Positions 1 to 7,988 of a stretch of 32,000 bases of DNA are shown piece after piece. Within the stretch, counting starts at the first letter, position 1, and each line of letters begins with the position of its first letter. The DNA comes from Candidatus Saccharimonadota bacterium (GTDB taxonomy: Bacteria; Bacteroidota; Bacteroidia; Cytophagales; Amoebophilaceae). The notes below the pieces were generated by a model, which saw only the letters and a list, made by a program, of their open reading frames with translations, did not search any database and was not told the DNA's origin. A program made the translations under genes and the position numbers. The stretch is from contig NZ_OZ239769.1 in the NCBI RefSeq assembly GCF_965196625.1, positions 510,001-542,000 on the forward strand. The letters are read 5' to 3'.

Positions 1-1312
1 TCCAGAACTTGCTAAAGCAGCATTGATGGAAACCTTCCCTTTAAGTGAAATACAAGCAAAAGCCATTTTAGAAATGCGTTTGCAGCGGCTTACTGGTCTA
101 GAGCGTGCTAAGATTGTAGAAGAGCATCGTCAAGTCCAAGAACTTATCGACCATCTATTAAAGGTATTGGCTGATAAGGCCCTTCGTATGGAGTTGATTA
201 AAGAAGAACTCGTTGCCCTTAAAGAGCGCTATGGCGATGCACGTAGAACGGTAGTCGAGTATGATGCAGATGCATTTACCATGGAAGATATGATTCCAGA
301 TACTGAAATGGTCATTATGATTTCCAACCAAGGCTATATCAAAAGGACCCCATTGGTGGACTATCGCCTACAGGGTCGAGGCGGAGTAGGTGCCAAGGGT
401 ATCATCACTAAAAAAGATGATTTTACCGCACATCTGTTTATAGCTACCGCACACCAATACTTGCTGATATTTACTGAATATGGCAAGATCTATTGGGTAA
501 AAGTCTATACGATACCAGAAACCAAAAAGACCACACAAGGCAAAGCCATACAAAACTTAATCAATATAGCTCCTGGAGACCAGGTACGTAGTATCATTCA
601 AGTTAGGGATCTGAAAGACCATGCATATGTTGACCATTATTATGTAGTCATGTGTACCAGAAAAGGGATTATTAAAAAAACCCCTTTGCGTGCCTATGCT
701 ACGCCACGTGCCAATGGCATTCATGCCATTGTAATTCGAGAGGGAGATTCTCTATTAGAGGTCCAACTAACCAATGGTAGCCATCATATTGTATTGGCAT
801 TAGAGTCTGGTAGGGCTACGCAGTTTAATGAGCAAGATGTTCGTCCTATGGGACGCGTCGTTTCTGGCATAAGGGGTATTACGTTAGCCCATGCAGCCGA
901 TCGTGTGATTGGCATGGCCTGTTTTCCCACATCAGATTTAGATGTTTTAGTTGTCTCTGAAAATGGGTATGGCAAACGTTCTTCTCTTACAGATTATCGC
1001 ATTACCAAAAGAGGTGGTAAAGGCGTGAAAACCATTCAGGTTACTCAAAAAACTGGAAAATTAGTGGCCATTCATGCCGTAAAAAACCAAGATGAATTGA
1101 TGATTATGAACCAATCTGGTGTGGCCATTCGGATTGAAGTAAGCACCTTGCCCCTTATAGGTAGGGCTACCCAAGGCGTTCGACTGATTCGATTAGGGCA
1201 AGGTGATAAAATCGCTTCTGTAGCCAGAATAGATGTTTTAGAACAAGTTGATCCGCAAGATGAGCAAGTAGCGCCATATGCAGAAAATATAGAGACATTG
1301 CCTGTCGATTAG
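1..1312 (+). CDS. gyrA: DNA gyrase subunit A, C-terminal part (the 5' end lies upstream of the window; reading frame starts at nt 2)
   Basis: The frame is open from nt 2 (PELAKAALMETFPLSEIQAKAILEMRLQRLTGLE...). This is followed by repeated beta-pinwheel-type blades (GYIKRT, GKIYWVKVY, GRATQGV) and an acidic tail. Stop at 1310-1312. Confidence 0.95.
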   Translation, partial: PELAKAALMETFPLSEIQAKAILEMRLQRLTGLERAKIVEEHRQVQELIDHLLKVLADKALRMELIKEELVALKERYGDARRTVVEYDADAFTMEDMIPDTEMVIMISNQGYIKRTPLVDYRLQGRGGVGAKGIITKKDDFTAHLFIATAHQYLLIFTEYGKIYWVKVYTIPETKKTTQGKAIQNLINIAPGDQVRSIIQVRDLKDHAYVDHYYVVMCTRKGIIKKTPLRAYATPRANGIHAIVIREGDSLLEVQLTNGSHHIVLALESGRATQFNEQDVRPMGRVVSGIRGITLAHAADRVIGMACFPTSDLDVLVVSENGYGKRSSLTDYRITKRGGKGVKTIQVTQKTGKLVAIHAVKNQDELMIMNQSGVAIRIEVSTLPLIGRATQGVRLIRLGQGDKIASVARIDVLEQVDPQDEQVAPYAENIETLPVD

Positions 1313-1483
1313 CCCAAAAAAATTTGTTGGAATATTTATTTAAGTTCTATAAGCCAGTCTGCTTGTTTGGTATTGTATAACTCAAAAGTTTTGTATAAAC
1401 TTGTTGGCCAAGCCAATAAAAACGCTCAAATGGGTTTTTATTTTTAGGCTATATGGCAGGTATGCCTAATAATTTTGAGTTAT

Positions 1484-1598
1484 GATGCTATTAACCGTCC
1501 TATTTTAGGTGTTGTGTAGATGTGTTTTGGCATCTATTTATTCCTGCAATGTGCATCATTTAAAAATAGCTTCACCCATTTTGTTGCCCTATTTATTC
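1484..1598 (+). repeat. About 115-nt segment with patchy similarity to 31284-31406
   Basis: Shared blocks appear in the same order: atgctattaa, taggtgttg, a tgttttg(g/t) block, and aaaaa(t/a)agctt...ccattt(t)gtt...tat. About two-thirds identical by eye. It overlaps the predicted 5' end of the ANK ORF. Confidence 0.4.
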
Positions 1599-2345
1599 AA
1601 ACACCAAATAATTGGTCAAGATCAAAAAAGAGCTGATCAGTATATTCGATATGGCAATCAGCTGAGGCTAGATAGACCCGTTTCTGTTTTATCTAACAGT
1701 AAATATATTCAGGATATAATCAGCAGTAACCTATCTATAGCTAAACGGTTCGACCAACTAGTTCAAGATATCAACGTAATCGCTATTGAAAAAAAAATCA
1801 ATACTACCCCAAAAGACCAACTTAAAAAGTTAATGAACCAAAAAGACAAGTATGGTTATACGCCTTTGCTATGGTGCCTAGATCGTAGGATTTTGGATGG
1901 CCTAAACGTTGTCCAAAAAGGCGACTATTTATCTATATTGCATCTCTTCTTACATCATCCTGATTGTGATGTTTCTATCCTAGATAACAATCATATCAGT
2001 ATCGTCCACTGGGCAGTTATTGCCAAATATGTAGAGGCTTGTAAAGCCATATTCGATAGGCTAATGACTACCAAAGAGGATAAAGTCAAGCGGTTGTTTA
2101 ATCAAAAAGATCGCTTTGGTTATGCACCTTTGCATTATTTGATTTTGGATGCGTCAGAAGCGTGTGGTCCAAACCATTTGGCGATACTGAAACAATTTTT
2201 AAGCAATGCTATATGTGACATTAATGTAAAAGATGGTGAAAATTTACCTGTGTTATATTGGTTAATGCATTATAAGCAGCCAAAGCTTATAAAAGAGCTA
2301 TTAGCATCAGATAAACTAGAAACCTTTATACCAATATATCTCTAA
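1509..2345 (+). CDS. Ankyrin-repeat protein (eukaryote-like); 5' end uncertain
   Basis: About four ANK-type repeats are visible: DKYGYTPLLWCL, ISIVHWAVIAKYVEACKAIF, DRFGYAPLHYLI and LPVLYWLMHYKQPKLIKELL. The ORF-track start is GTG. The first in-frame ATG is codon 109 (nt 1833). Confidence 0.7.
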   Translation: MLCRCVLASIYSCNVHHLKIASPILLPYLFKHQIIGQDQKRADQYIRYGNQLRLDRPVSVLSNSKYIQDIISSNLSIAKRFDQLVQDINVIAIEKKINTTPKDQLKKLMNQKDKYGYTPLLWCLDRRILDGLNVVQKGDYLSILHLFLHHPDCDVSILDNNHISIVHWAVIAKYVEACKAIFDRLMTTKEDKVKRLFNQKDRFGYAPLHYLILDASEACGPNHLAILKQFLSNAICDINVKDGENLPVLYWLMHYKQPKLIKELLASDKLETFIPIYL

Positions 2346-2355
2346 ATCTAAAAAA

Positions 2356-2721
2356 ATGAACCAATGGGCTAACACTGAGTCTACTAAGACAACTAGATTA
2401 TTAGAAGCGTTGGCGTTATCAAGTATGGTACATAAAATTTTAAATAAATCGGTAGACTTCTTAACAAGTGATGATCCAACAGATCCAGATATAAAATTTA
2501 TAAAGAAACTTTTTTTAGAAAAGTATCTCTGCTTAGATGCATGCGCACAAGCGTGTACAAAAGACGACTCAGTAAAAAAATTATTTGATCAAGAAAAGGA
2601 TTTAATAGCAACATTACATGCATGTGCTGAACCACTATTAGCACTACATGAATCTGACAAACAAAATGATATCATTTCAGAATTCGATCTATTAGATAAG
2701 CTCCTGGAACAGATTCACTAG
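2356..2721 (+). CDS. Hypothetical protein (121 aa, acidic and helical)
   Basis: The ORF starts 10 nt after the ANK stop on the same strand. I recognise no motif in it. Confidence 0.45.
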   Translation: MNQWANTESTKTTRLLEALALSSMVHKILNKSVDFLTSDDPTDPDIKFIKKLFLEKYLCLDACAQACTKDDSVKKLFDQEKDLIATLHACAEPLLALHESDKQNDIISEFDLLDKLLEQIH

Positions 2722-2843
2722 AGGATCTTTCGTTTTAAGTGTCGTGTAGATATTTTTGAGAAGCGTTCAGCAAGCAGATGAATCAGTAGGATAAAGGGTT
2801 GATTATGAATTATCTAGAATAAGGGCTGTAGAAACTTTTAAAA

Positions 2844-2857
2844 AAGTGTGAAATAAT
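2844..2857 (+). repeat. 14-mer aagtgtgaaataat, copy 1 (copy 2 at 2998-3011; an inverted gtgaaataa core lies at about 2940-2948)
   Basis: Exact 14-nt direct repeat within the 300-nt intergenic region upstream of the TPR gene. Confidence 0.5.
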
Positions 2858-2997
2858 GTTTCATAATCTATGAAGAACGGGTCGTATTAAGCTGATATTT
2901 CAGTTATAAGCGGGTCTAGCATTCGTTTTGGTTATTTTTTTATTTCACTTTTATATTTTTTTCAAAATTCTATCTTAATTTGTGGACATTACAATAT

Positions 2998-3011
2998 AAG
3001 TGTGAAATAAT
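2998..3011 (+). repeat. 14-mer aagtgtgaaataat, copy 2, ending 12 nt before the TPR gene ATG
   Basis: Exact match to 2844-2857. Confidence 0.5.
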
Positions 3012-3022
3012 ACATTAAAATA

Positions 3023-4633
3023 ATGGGTAAAAAATATTGGGTGATTATCAATAGAACAAGGGTATATCTATTGTATTGGTTCATTATCTTTTTGGCCATG
3101 CCCGATCAGCTTTTTGCTATACCTCGATCCATAACACGCATTGTGCGTACCTTTCAAGGTCAAAATAAGCAAAAGGAGTCTAAGCAAAAGGGTGATGGAG
3201 CTGCATCTTTATCGGCAGATGGTAGAGCCAATAATGCCCAACCAGTGGACCAACCCGTTCTTTCTAATGCGCAGCAGGCTCGGTTAGCTATAGATGAAGC
3301 CATTAAAGATAATAAGCTGGCGAACCACCCTGCTACCTGGTATTATAGAGGGGTTATTTACGACCGACTCTTAAGGGATGATATTGCTTCAGAAAAAGCG
3401 TTGACCTTGTTGGATGAAGCACTTGCAGCCTATGAAAAAGCTAAGCAATTAAGTTTATCTAAAAGCAAGCAGTTTCATAGTTTTGCCCTTAGTAACCTAG
3501 CTGCTCTATGGCGTTATTTTTTAAATAGAGGCATGGGCTATTATAGGCAAGAGGCGTTTGATCAATCAATAGCTCAATTTGCTATTTGTAGGCGTATTCT
3601 ACCAGACGAGCCTACTCCATTGTTGTATACCGCTATTGTGCACCATAGCCTTGACCAATCAGAAGAAGCATTGCGTTACTATCAAGACTACTTAGCCGTA
3701 AAAGGGCCACAATTTGCTGTTGCGCGTGCCATGGCTGCGATTTATTATCATAAACTTAAAGATTTTGATAAAGCAATAGCCATTTTGAATGAGGCGCTTC
3801 TTCAATTTCCCTGTAATAATGAGTTATTAGAGGAAATGTGTCTCATCCATTCGACTGCTGGCAGAATAGATGCGTATGCTGCTTCTTTAACGGCTGAGGG
3901 CCAAGGTAAAGAGATACATGCATCTTATGCATATGCTTATCTTTGTGCATATCAAGGGCGTATTGACGAGGCAATTGCTTGCTACCAGCAACTCTTAAAG
4001 GCGCATCCGCATCAATATGATGCGTTGCGTCAGATGGGTTTTTTATTTTATAATGAAGCCATTAAACTATATGCCCATACCCTAAAATCAGTAGGAGAAA
4101 AGGCACAATTAGAAAATGTTACGCCCGCTGACTCTTGTGGGTTAATGCATGTAATGGTGCGCCGTTTGTGGCCCGATGCTATAGGGTGGAGAGAAATGGG
4201 CCATTTACTGCCCAGCGCTTTTTTTTCTAGTGGTTGGCCATTTGCTCCTAGCCTTGTATGGGTAGTATATGACCATCCCTTTGTTAAGCATAGCAAGATC
4301 AGTAGTTTTGTTGATTTGGTTCAGTCAGGAAATTTACCCTATACAACGCCTTTATATGGCTATATCCATACAAAAAATGCAACTGCATTGGCTCGTAATA
4401 AGTGGGCGCAAACTATACGAGAACTAGAAAAGTATCTAAAAGAAGCTTTGTACTACTTAAAAAGCGCACGTGTGCATGATAAAAAAGATAAGGCTATTGC
4501 GCAAGCTTTGTACTATAGTTATTACTACTTAAAACAATATGGGCCTGCTGATAGATTGTTACAAGCGATGCAAAAACAAAAGCAATATCTTGATGAGGAT
4601 CCATTTACAGGGCATAAAGACAAGGATTCATGA
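3023..4633 (+). CDS. TPR-repeat protein with an N-terminal signal/anchor
   Basis: Hydrophobic N-terminus (VYLLYWFIIFLAMPDQLFA). Several TPR-like helix pairs follow: WYYRGVIYDRLL, GMGYYRQEAFDQSIAQF, ALRYYQDYLAV, AAIYYHKLKDFDKAIAILNEAL and AYLCAYQGRIDEAIACYQQLLKAHP. Confidence 0.75.
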   Translation: MGKKYWVIINRTRVYLLYWFIIFLAMPDQLFAIPRSITRIVRTFQGQNKQKESKQKGDGAASLSADGRANNAQPVDQPVLSNAQQARLAIDEAIKDNKLANHPATWYYRGVIYDRLLRDDIASEKALTLLDEALAAYEKAKQLSLSKSKQFHSFALSNLAALWRYFLNRGMGYYRQEAFDQSIAQFAICRRILPDEPTPLLYTAIVHHSLDQSEEALRYYQDYLAVKGPQFAVARAMAAIYYHKLKDFDKAIAILNEALLQFPCNNELLEEMCLIHSTAGRIDAYAASLTAEGQGKEIHASYAYAYLCAYQGRIDEAIACYQQLLKAHPHQYDALRQMGFLFYNEAIKLYAHTLKSVGEKAQLENVTPADSCGLMHVMVRRLWPDAIGWREMGHLLPSAFFSSGWPFAPSLVWVVYDHPFVKHSKISSFVDLVQSGNLPYTTPLYGYIHTKNATALARNKWAQTIRELEKYLKEALYYLKSARVHDKKDKAIAQALYYSYYYLKQYGPADRLLQAMQKQKQYLDEDPFTGHKDKDS

Positions 4634-4673
4634 TGTCGATCGCTCGTTTTTTTACAACTGATTTGAACAGGTA

Positions 4674-5363
4674 TTATCCAATTTTTTGGTAAAAAAAGAT
4701 CGTACCTGGGTTTGATGCTAGGTTGATTACCTCTTTAGGAGTAAGAAGATGTTTATCACTATTGTTTTTAGCATTATCCTCATAATAATAATACCACTTT
4801 TCACTCTCTTTTACGCAAGCAATTATATGATGTTTTGCATCATTATTTACTGAAATCTTAGGATTCTTAGGAATCTTAACTACAAATCCTACGCAAGCAT
4901 AAGTATGCGCTTTCGAGTTGGGCAATATTGGATTGGATCTAATGACTGTATCTCCTAGTTTAATTGATGTGGATGGATGCTCCTCATACCACGCGCCATC
5001 TTTCTGATTTTTCTCAAAAAAGAAAGTTAATCTATTATTGGGCAGCATATTAGAAGTAGGGCTACTAGCTTGATTTTGATGATTATGTAAGGTCAAGTTT
5101 TCGCTCCAGCCTATTTTCTTTAAAAAAGGGATTAGATATTTTAATTCTGTTTCATCTATATCCAGCTTATCCAAAAGAGCAGCGTATGGTCGAGGCTGGG
5201 TAGCTATACTATTATTTGGTTGGTGTATTATACTTATTGGTATGCCACAAATAATAGGAGCTGGTTCATACCTAGGCGCATTTCTTTTGCAAGCTATTAC
5301 GATCGGCAATAGACTCATGACGCCTAGCTGGACCTGGTGCAGTAAGCCAAATTTCCATTTCAT
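4674..5363 (-). CDS. Predicted lipoprotein with a USP (peptidase C19) His-box-like C-terminus and no Cys box
   Basis: The signal peptide ends in the lipobox VIAC. The C-terminus YACVGFVV...KHHIIACVKESEKWYYYYEDN...TIFFYQKI parallels ...GGHYVAYVKRGEKWYEADDKQV...AYLFFYKK of the USP at 19890-21113. Confidence 0.55.
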   Translation of the reverse strand: MKWKFGLLHQVQLGVMSLLPIVIACKRNAPRYEPAPIICGIPISIIHQPNNSIATQPRPYAALLDKLDIDETELKYLIPFLKKIGWSENLTLHNHQNQASSPTSNMLPNNRLTFFFEKNQKDGAWYEEHPSTSIKLGDTVIRSNPILPNSKAHTYACVGFVVKIPKNPKISVNNDAKHHIIACVKESEKWYYYYEDNAKNNSDKHLLTPKEVINLASNPGTIFFYQKIG

Positions 5364-5417
5364 ACAATAGGGTTTTAGTTGTAAAGGTTAAATGCTATGA
5401 TAGTCTTTTTTATATTA

Positions 5418-6092
5418 CTATTCTTGTTCCTTTTGCCAAAGCTTACAGTAATGCCATCCACATATAAAGAGCTGCATGATAAAGAACCAGTGATATCCTT
5501 GAAAGTAGAAGCAAGGAATGGCAATGGCAGCAGCGGTCAATCCGATGATAATGCTGGCCAGATACCCTTTACGACCAAATTTTTTTTCTAGTATATAACG
5601 TACCAGCCAGCCACCATCAAGTGGTGCAATGGGTATTAAATTTAATAACAACCATCTACTATTGATATACGTCGTTACAAAGAGAAAATGGTTCAATACA
5701 TAACTGTTAAAAATATTGAATTGAAGCAATAAATAGCCTGTTAATGCCAATAATCCTTGAAAAACAGGCCCTGCAAGGGTAATTAAAAATTTTTGTTTGG
5801 CGGTTGTCTGTGCTTCATTAAAGAAGGTTCTTCCACCAAAAGCTTGTAATACAATCATAGGCTCTGCACGGAAAAAAAGCGCCACTAACGCATGGCCATA
5901 TTCATGTATGAGTATGCTCATGGTAAAGACAGTAGACCATAGCAAACTTTCAATATATGGGCCACCTATGCCACCCATTACCAACAATAAAAAAATCCAA
6001 TAACTTAGATCAATAGATACTGGAACTTTTAAAAATCTAAAATGAAAAGCCATACTATAATTTAGGTTGTCAATTGACCGATTTAACAGCAC
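5418..6092 (-). CDS. Site-2 protease family (peptidase M50) membrane metalloprotease
   Basis: HExxH motif within a TM helix (ILIHEYGHALV), a second S2P motif (NLIPIAPLDGG), and a multi-TM profile. An alternative start lies at 6053 (MAFHFRF...). Confidence 0.85.
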   Translation of the reverse strand: MLLNRSIDNLNYSMAFHFRFLKVPVSIDLSYWIFLLLVMGGIGGPYIESLLWSTVFTMSILIHEYGHALVALFFRAEPMIVLQAFGGRTFFNEAQTTAKQKFLITLAGPVFQGLLALTGYLLLQFNIFNSYVLNHFLFVTTYINSRWLLLNLIPIAPLDGGWLVRYILEKKFGRKGYLASIIIGLTAAAIAIPCFYFQGYHWFFIMQLFICGWHYCKLWQKEQE

Positions 6093-6098
6093 ATTTAT

Positions 6099-6842
6099 TT
6101 ACACACCACGAGAGATATATTTTTCACGTCTTATACGTTGTGGGCTAAAACCCATTTTTTGCAACTTTTCAATACCATCATCAATCATATATGGATTGCC
6201 GCAGAGGTATACTAAATCAGTGATGGGGTTTAAGTTAAGACGCTCAAAAGCTGATTGTACATATCCTGCATATTGATAAGATTTGGTTAATGTATCTGCT
6301 CTACTCAAATAGCCACAGAAGTTAAAATTTTTGTATTGCGTAGCAAAAGCAATAAAATCTTCTGCATAGAGCAGGTCATGGGCATGGCGTACACCTAATA
6401 ACAAAGTTACCTTGAGCTTTTCATCTTCTTGTAGCCGTTTGGCAATGGTAGGCAACATAGAACGATAGGGCGCTACACCTGTTCCAGTAGCTGCCAATAT
6501 ATATTGAGCAGGCTGGTCTGATTCTTGAAGGATAAACCTACCTTTAGGTCCTACACAGTACAACTCATCCCCGATGGTTAAATTAAATAAGATTTTAGTA
6601 GCAAATCCGCCCTCAACAGGTGCGATGGCGATTTCTAACTGGTCGCTTTGCCCAGGACTATTGGCCAAACTATAGCTCCGTGGTACTATTTTACCAGACG
6701 CGTGGGGCAATAAAAAAGTAATAAACTGGCCCGGTATAAATAGAAACGGCAGTTTATCAGAGCGTATAAATGTCAACTGTACTACACTAGGTGTCAGCAT
6801 CGTAGATCCTATATACTTAACCTTAAATTGATTTTGTTCCAT
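6099..6842 (-). CDS. Ferredoxin/flavodoxin-NADP(+) reductase-type FAD/NAD(P)-binding oxidoreductase
   Basis: RxYS FAD-binding motif (PRSYSLANSP), GTGxAP NAD(P) motif (ILAATGTGVAPYRSM) and a C-terminal YLCGNP motif. Confidence 0.85.
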   Translation of the reverse strand: MEQNQFKVKYIGSTMLTPSVVQLTFIRSDKLPFLFIPGQFITFLLPHASGKIVPRSYSLANSPGQSDQLEIAIAPVEGGFATKILFNLTIGDELYCVGPKGRFILQESDQPAQYILAATGTGVAPYRSMLPTIAKRLQEDEKLKVTLLLGVRHAHDLLYAEDFIAFATQYKNFNFCGYLSRADTLTKSYQYAGYVQSAFERLNLNPITDLVYLCGNPYMIDDGIEKLQKMGFSPQRIRREKYISRGV

Positions 6843-7269
6843 GCCTTCTATGTCTACTGTGCGTGGTATGCCGATTGACCACGCCCCATTTTATCTATAA
6901 AATTATGATACTCCTTGTTGTAAGCAACCACTATACTACCCAGCCAGGTTTTTGTGGTTTGTCTTCGATGCTGCTAGGGCATTTGCTTCCAAAGCTAAAA
7001 AAAACTAAGCATGAATTGAAACTTTTTATAATAAAGACAAAAGCCTATCCCAACGATTGGACGATTGAGCAGCTGTAGTGCTTTGGGTAAAAGTTGGTGC
7101 ACATGTACTATAAAGTAACCTATTGTAGTTTTTAATATCAAAAACGTACTACATAGATCAATTTTTTATCAAAAATAAACAAGGCATTGCATTCGTACAA
7201 ATTTGCACTTATAATACATGTAAAATTTACTTCAGTGTACTAATACGTAATTAATTGACTAGTTGAACT

Positions 7270-7905
7270 ATGGCACCATTTTTTAATATACCACTTTACA
7301 TGGTGGTTTCTTTTTTGTTATTAACTTTAGTTATAGGTATTTATTTTAGTAGGCATATTACCTCATTTCGGCAATATGCTGTAGGTAACAAACAGTTTGC
7401 TACGGCTACTTTGGTGGCGACTGTATTGGCTACTGCTTATGGAGGGGGAGGTTTGATACGGAATGTACAGCAAGTGCATAACCTTGGTCTTTACTGGATC
7501 ATCTTAACGCTTTTATCTGGATTTGATCTTTATATTATCAGTAAGCTGGCTTTATATATGGGCCGGTTTATGGGTCACCTTTCTATGCCAGAAACGATAG
7601 GCAGTGTATATGGTAAATATGCACGAATGATTACAGCATTATCTGGTATTTGCGATGCGATTGCTACTATTGCTATGCAAATCAGTGCCATGTCTTTATC
7701 CATTAGTCTATGTTTGGATTCAGTACATCCGAAAGCTATTACGGTTGTGGTTACTATAATCCTTATTTTCTATTCTAGCTTTGGAGGCATTCGTGCGGTT
7801 GCTTTTACGGATGTATTGCAGTTTATAACTTTTACCCTCATCATTCCTATTTTAGCGTGGTTTATGCTTAAAAATACAGGTAAATCAGTCTTTTCAGCTT
7901 TATAA
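7270..7905 (+). CDS. Sodium:solute symporter (SSS/SLC5) family, N-terminal fragment
   Basis: Typical SSS N-terminus (FRQYAVGNKQF...TAYGGGG) and the GGIRAVAFTDVLQF motif. The ORF stops after about 6 TM helices. Confidence 0.8.
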   Translation: MAPFFNIPLYMVVSFLLLTLVIGIYFSRHITSFRQYAVGNKQFATATLVATVLATAYGGGGLIRNVQQVHNLGLYWIILTLLSGFDLYIISKLALYMGRFMGHLSMPETIGSVYGKYARMITALSGICDAIATIAMQISAMSLSISLCLDSVHPKAITVVVTIILIFYSSFGGIRAVAFTDVLQFITFTLIIPILAWFMLKNTGKSVFSAL

Positions 7906-7988
7906 TAACTATTTTTATCATTCTAATTGGTCTATTTGTTTTTGTAGGCGCACCAGGATTACCAGTAGAAGCGATTTGGGGATATATA

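Noticed and set aside
5397-6276. Plus-strand ORFs 5397..5591, 5797..6003 and 6067..6276
   Set aside because: These are shadow ORFs on the opposite strand of the well-supported M50 protease and FNR-type reductase genes. They have no motifs.
6863-7078. 71-aa ORF in the fpr / symporter divergent intergenic region
   Set aside because: It uses a non-ATG start in the track and shows no recognisable motif. It lies where two divergent promoters are expected, so it is most likely non-coding.
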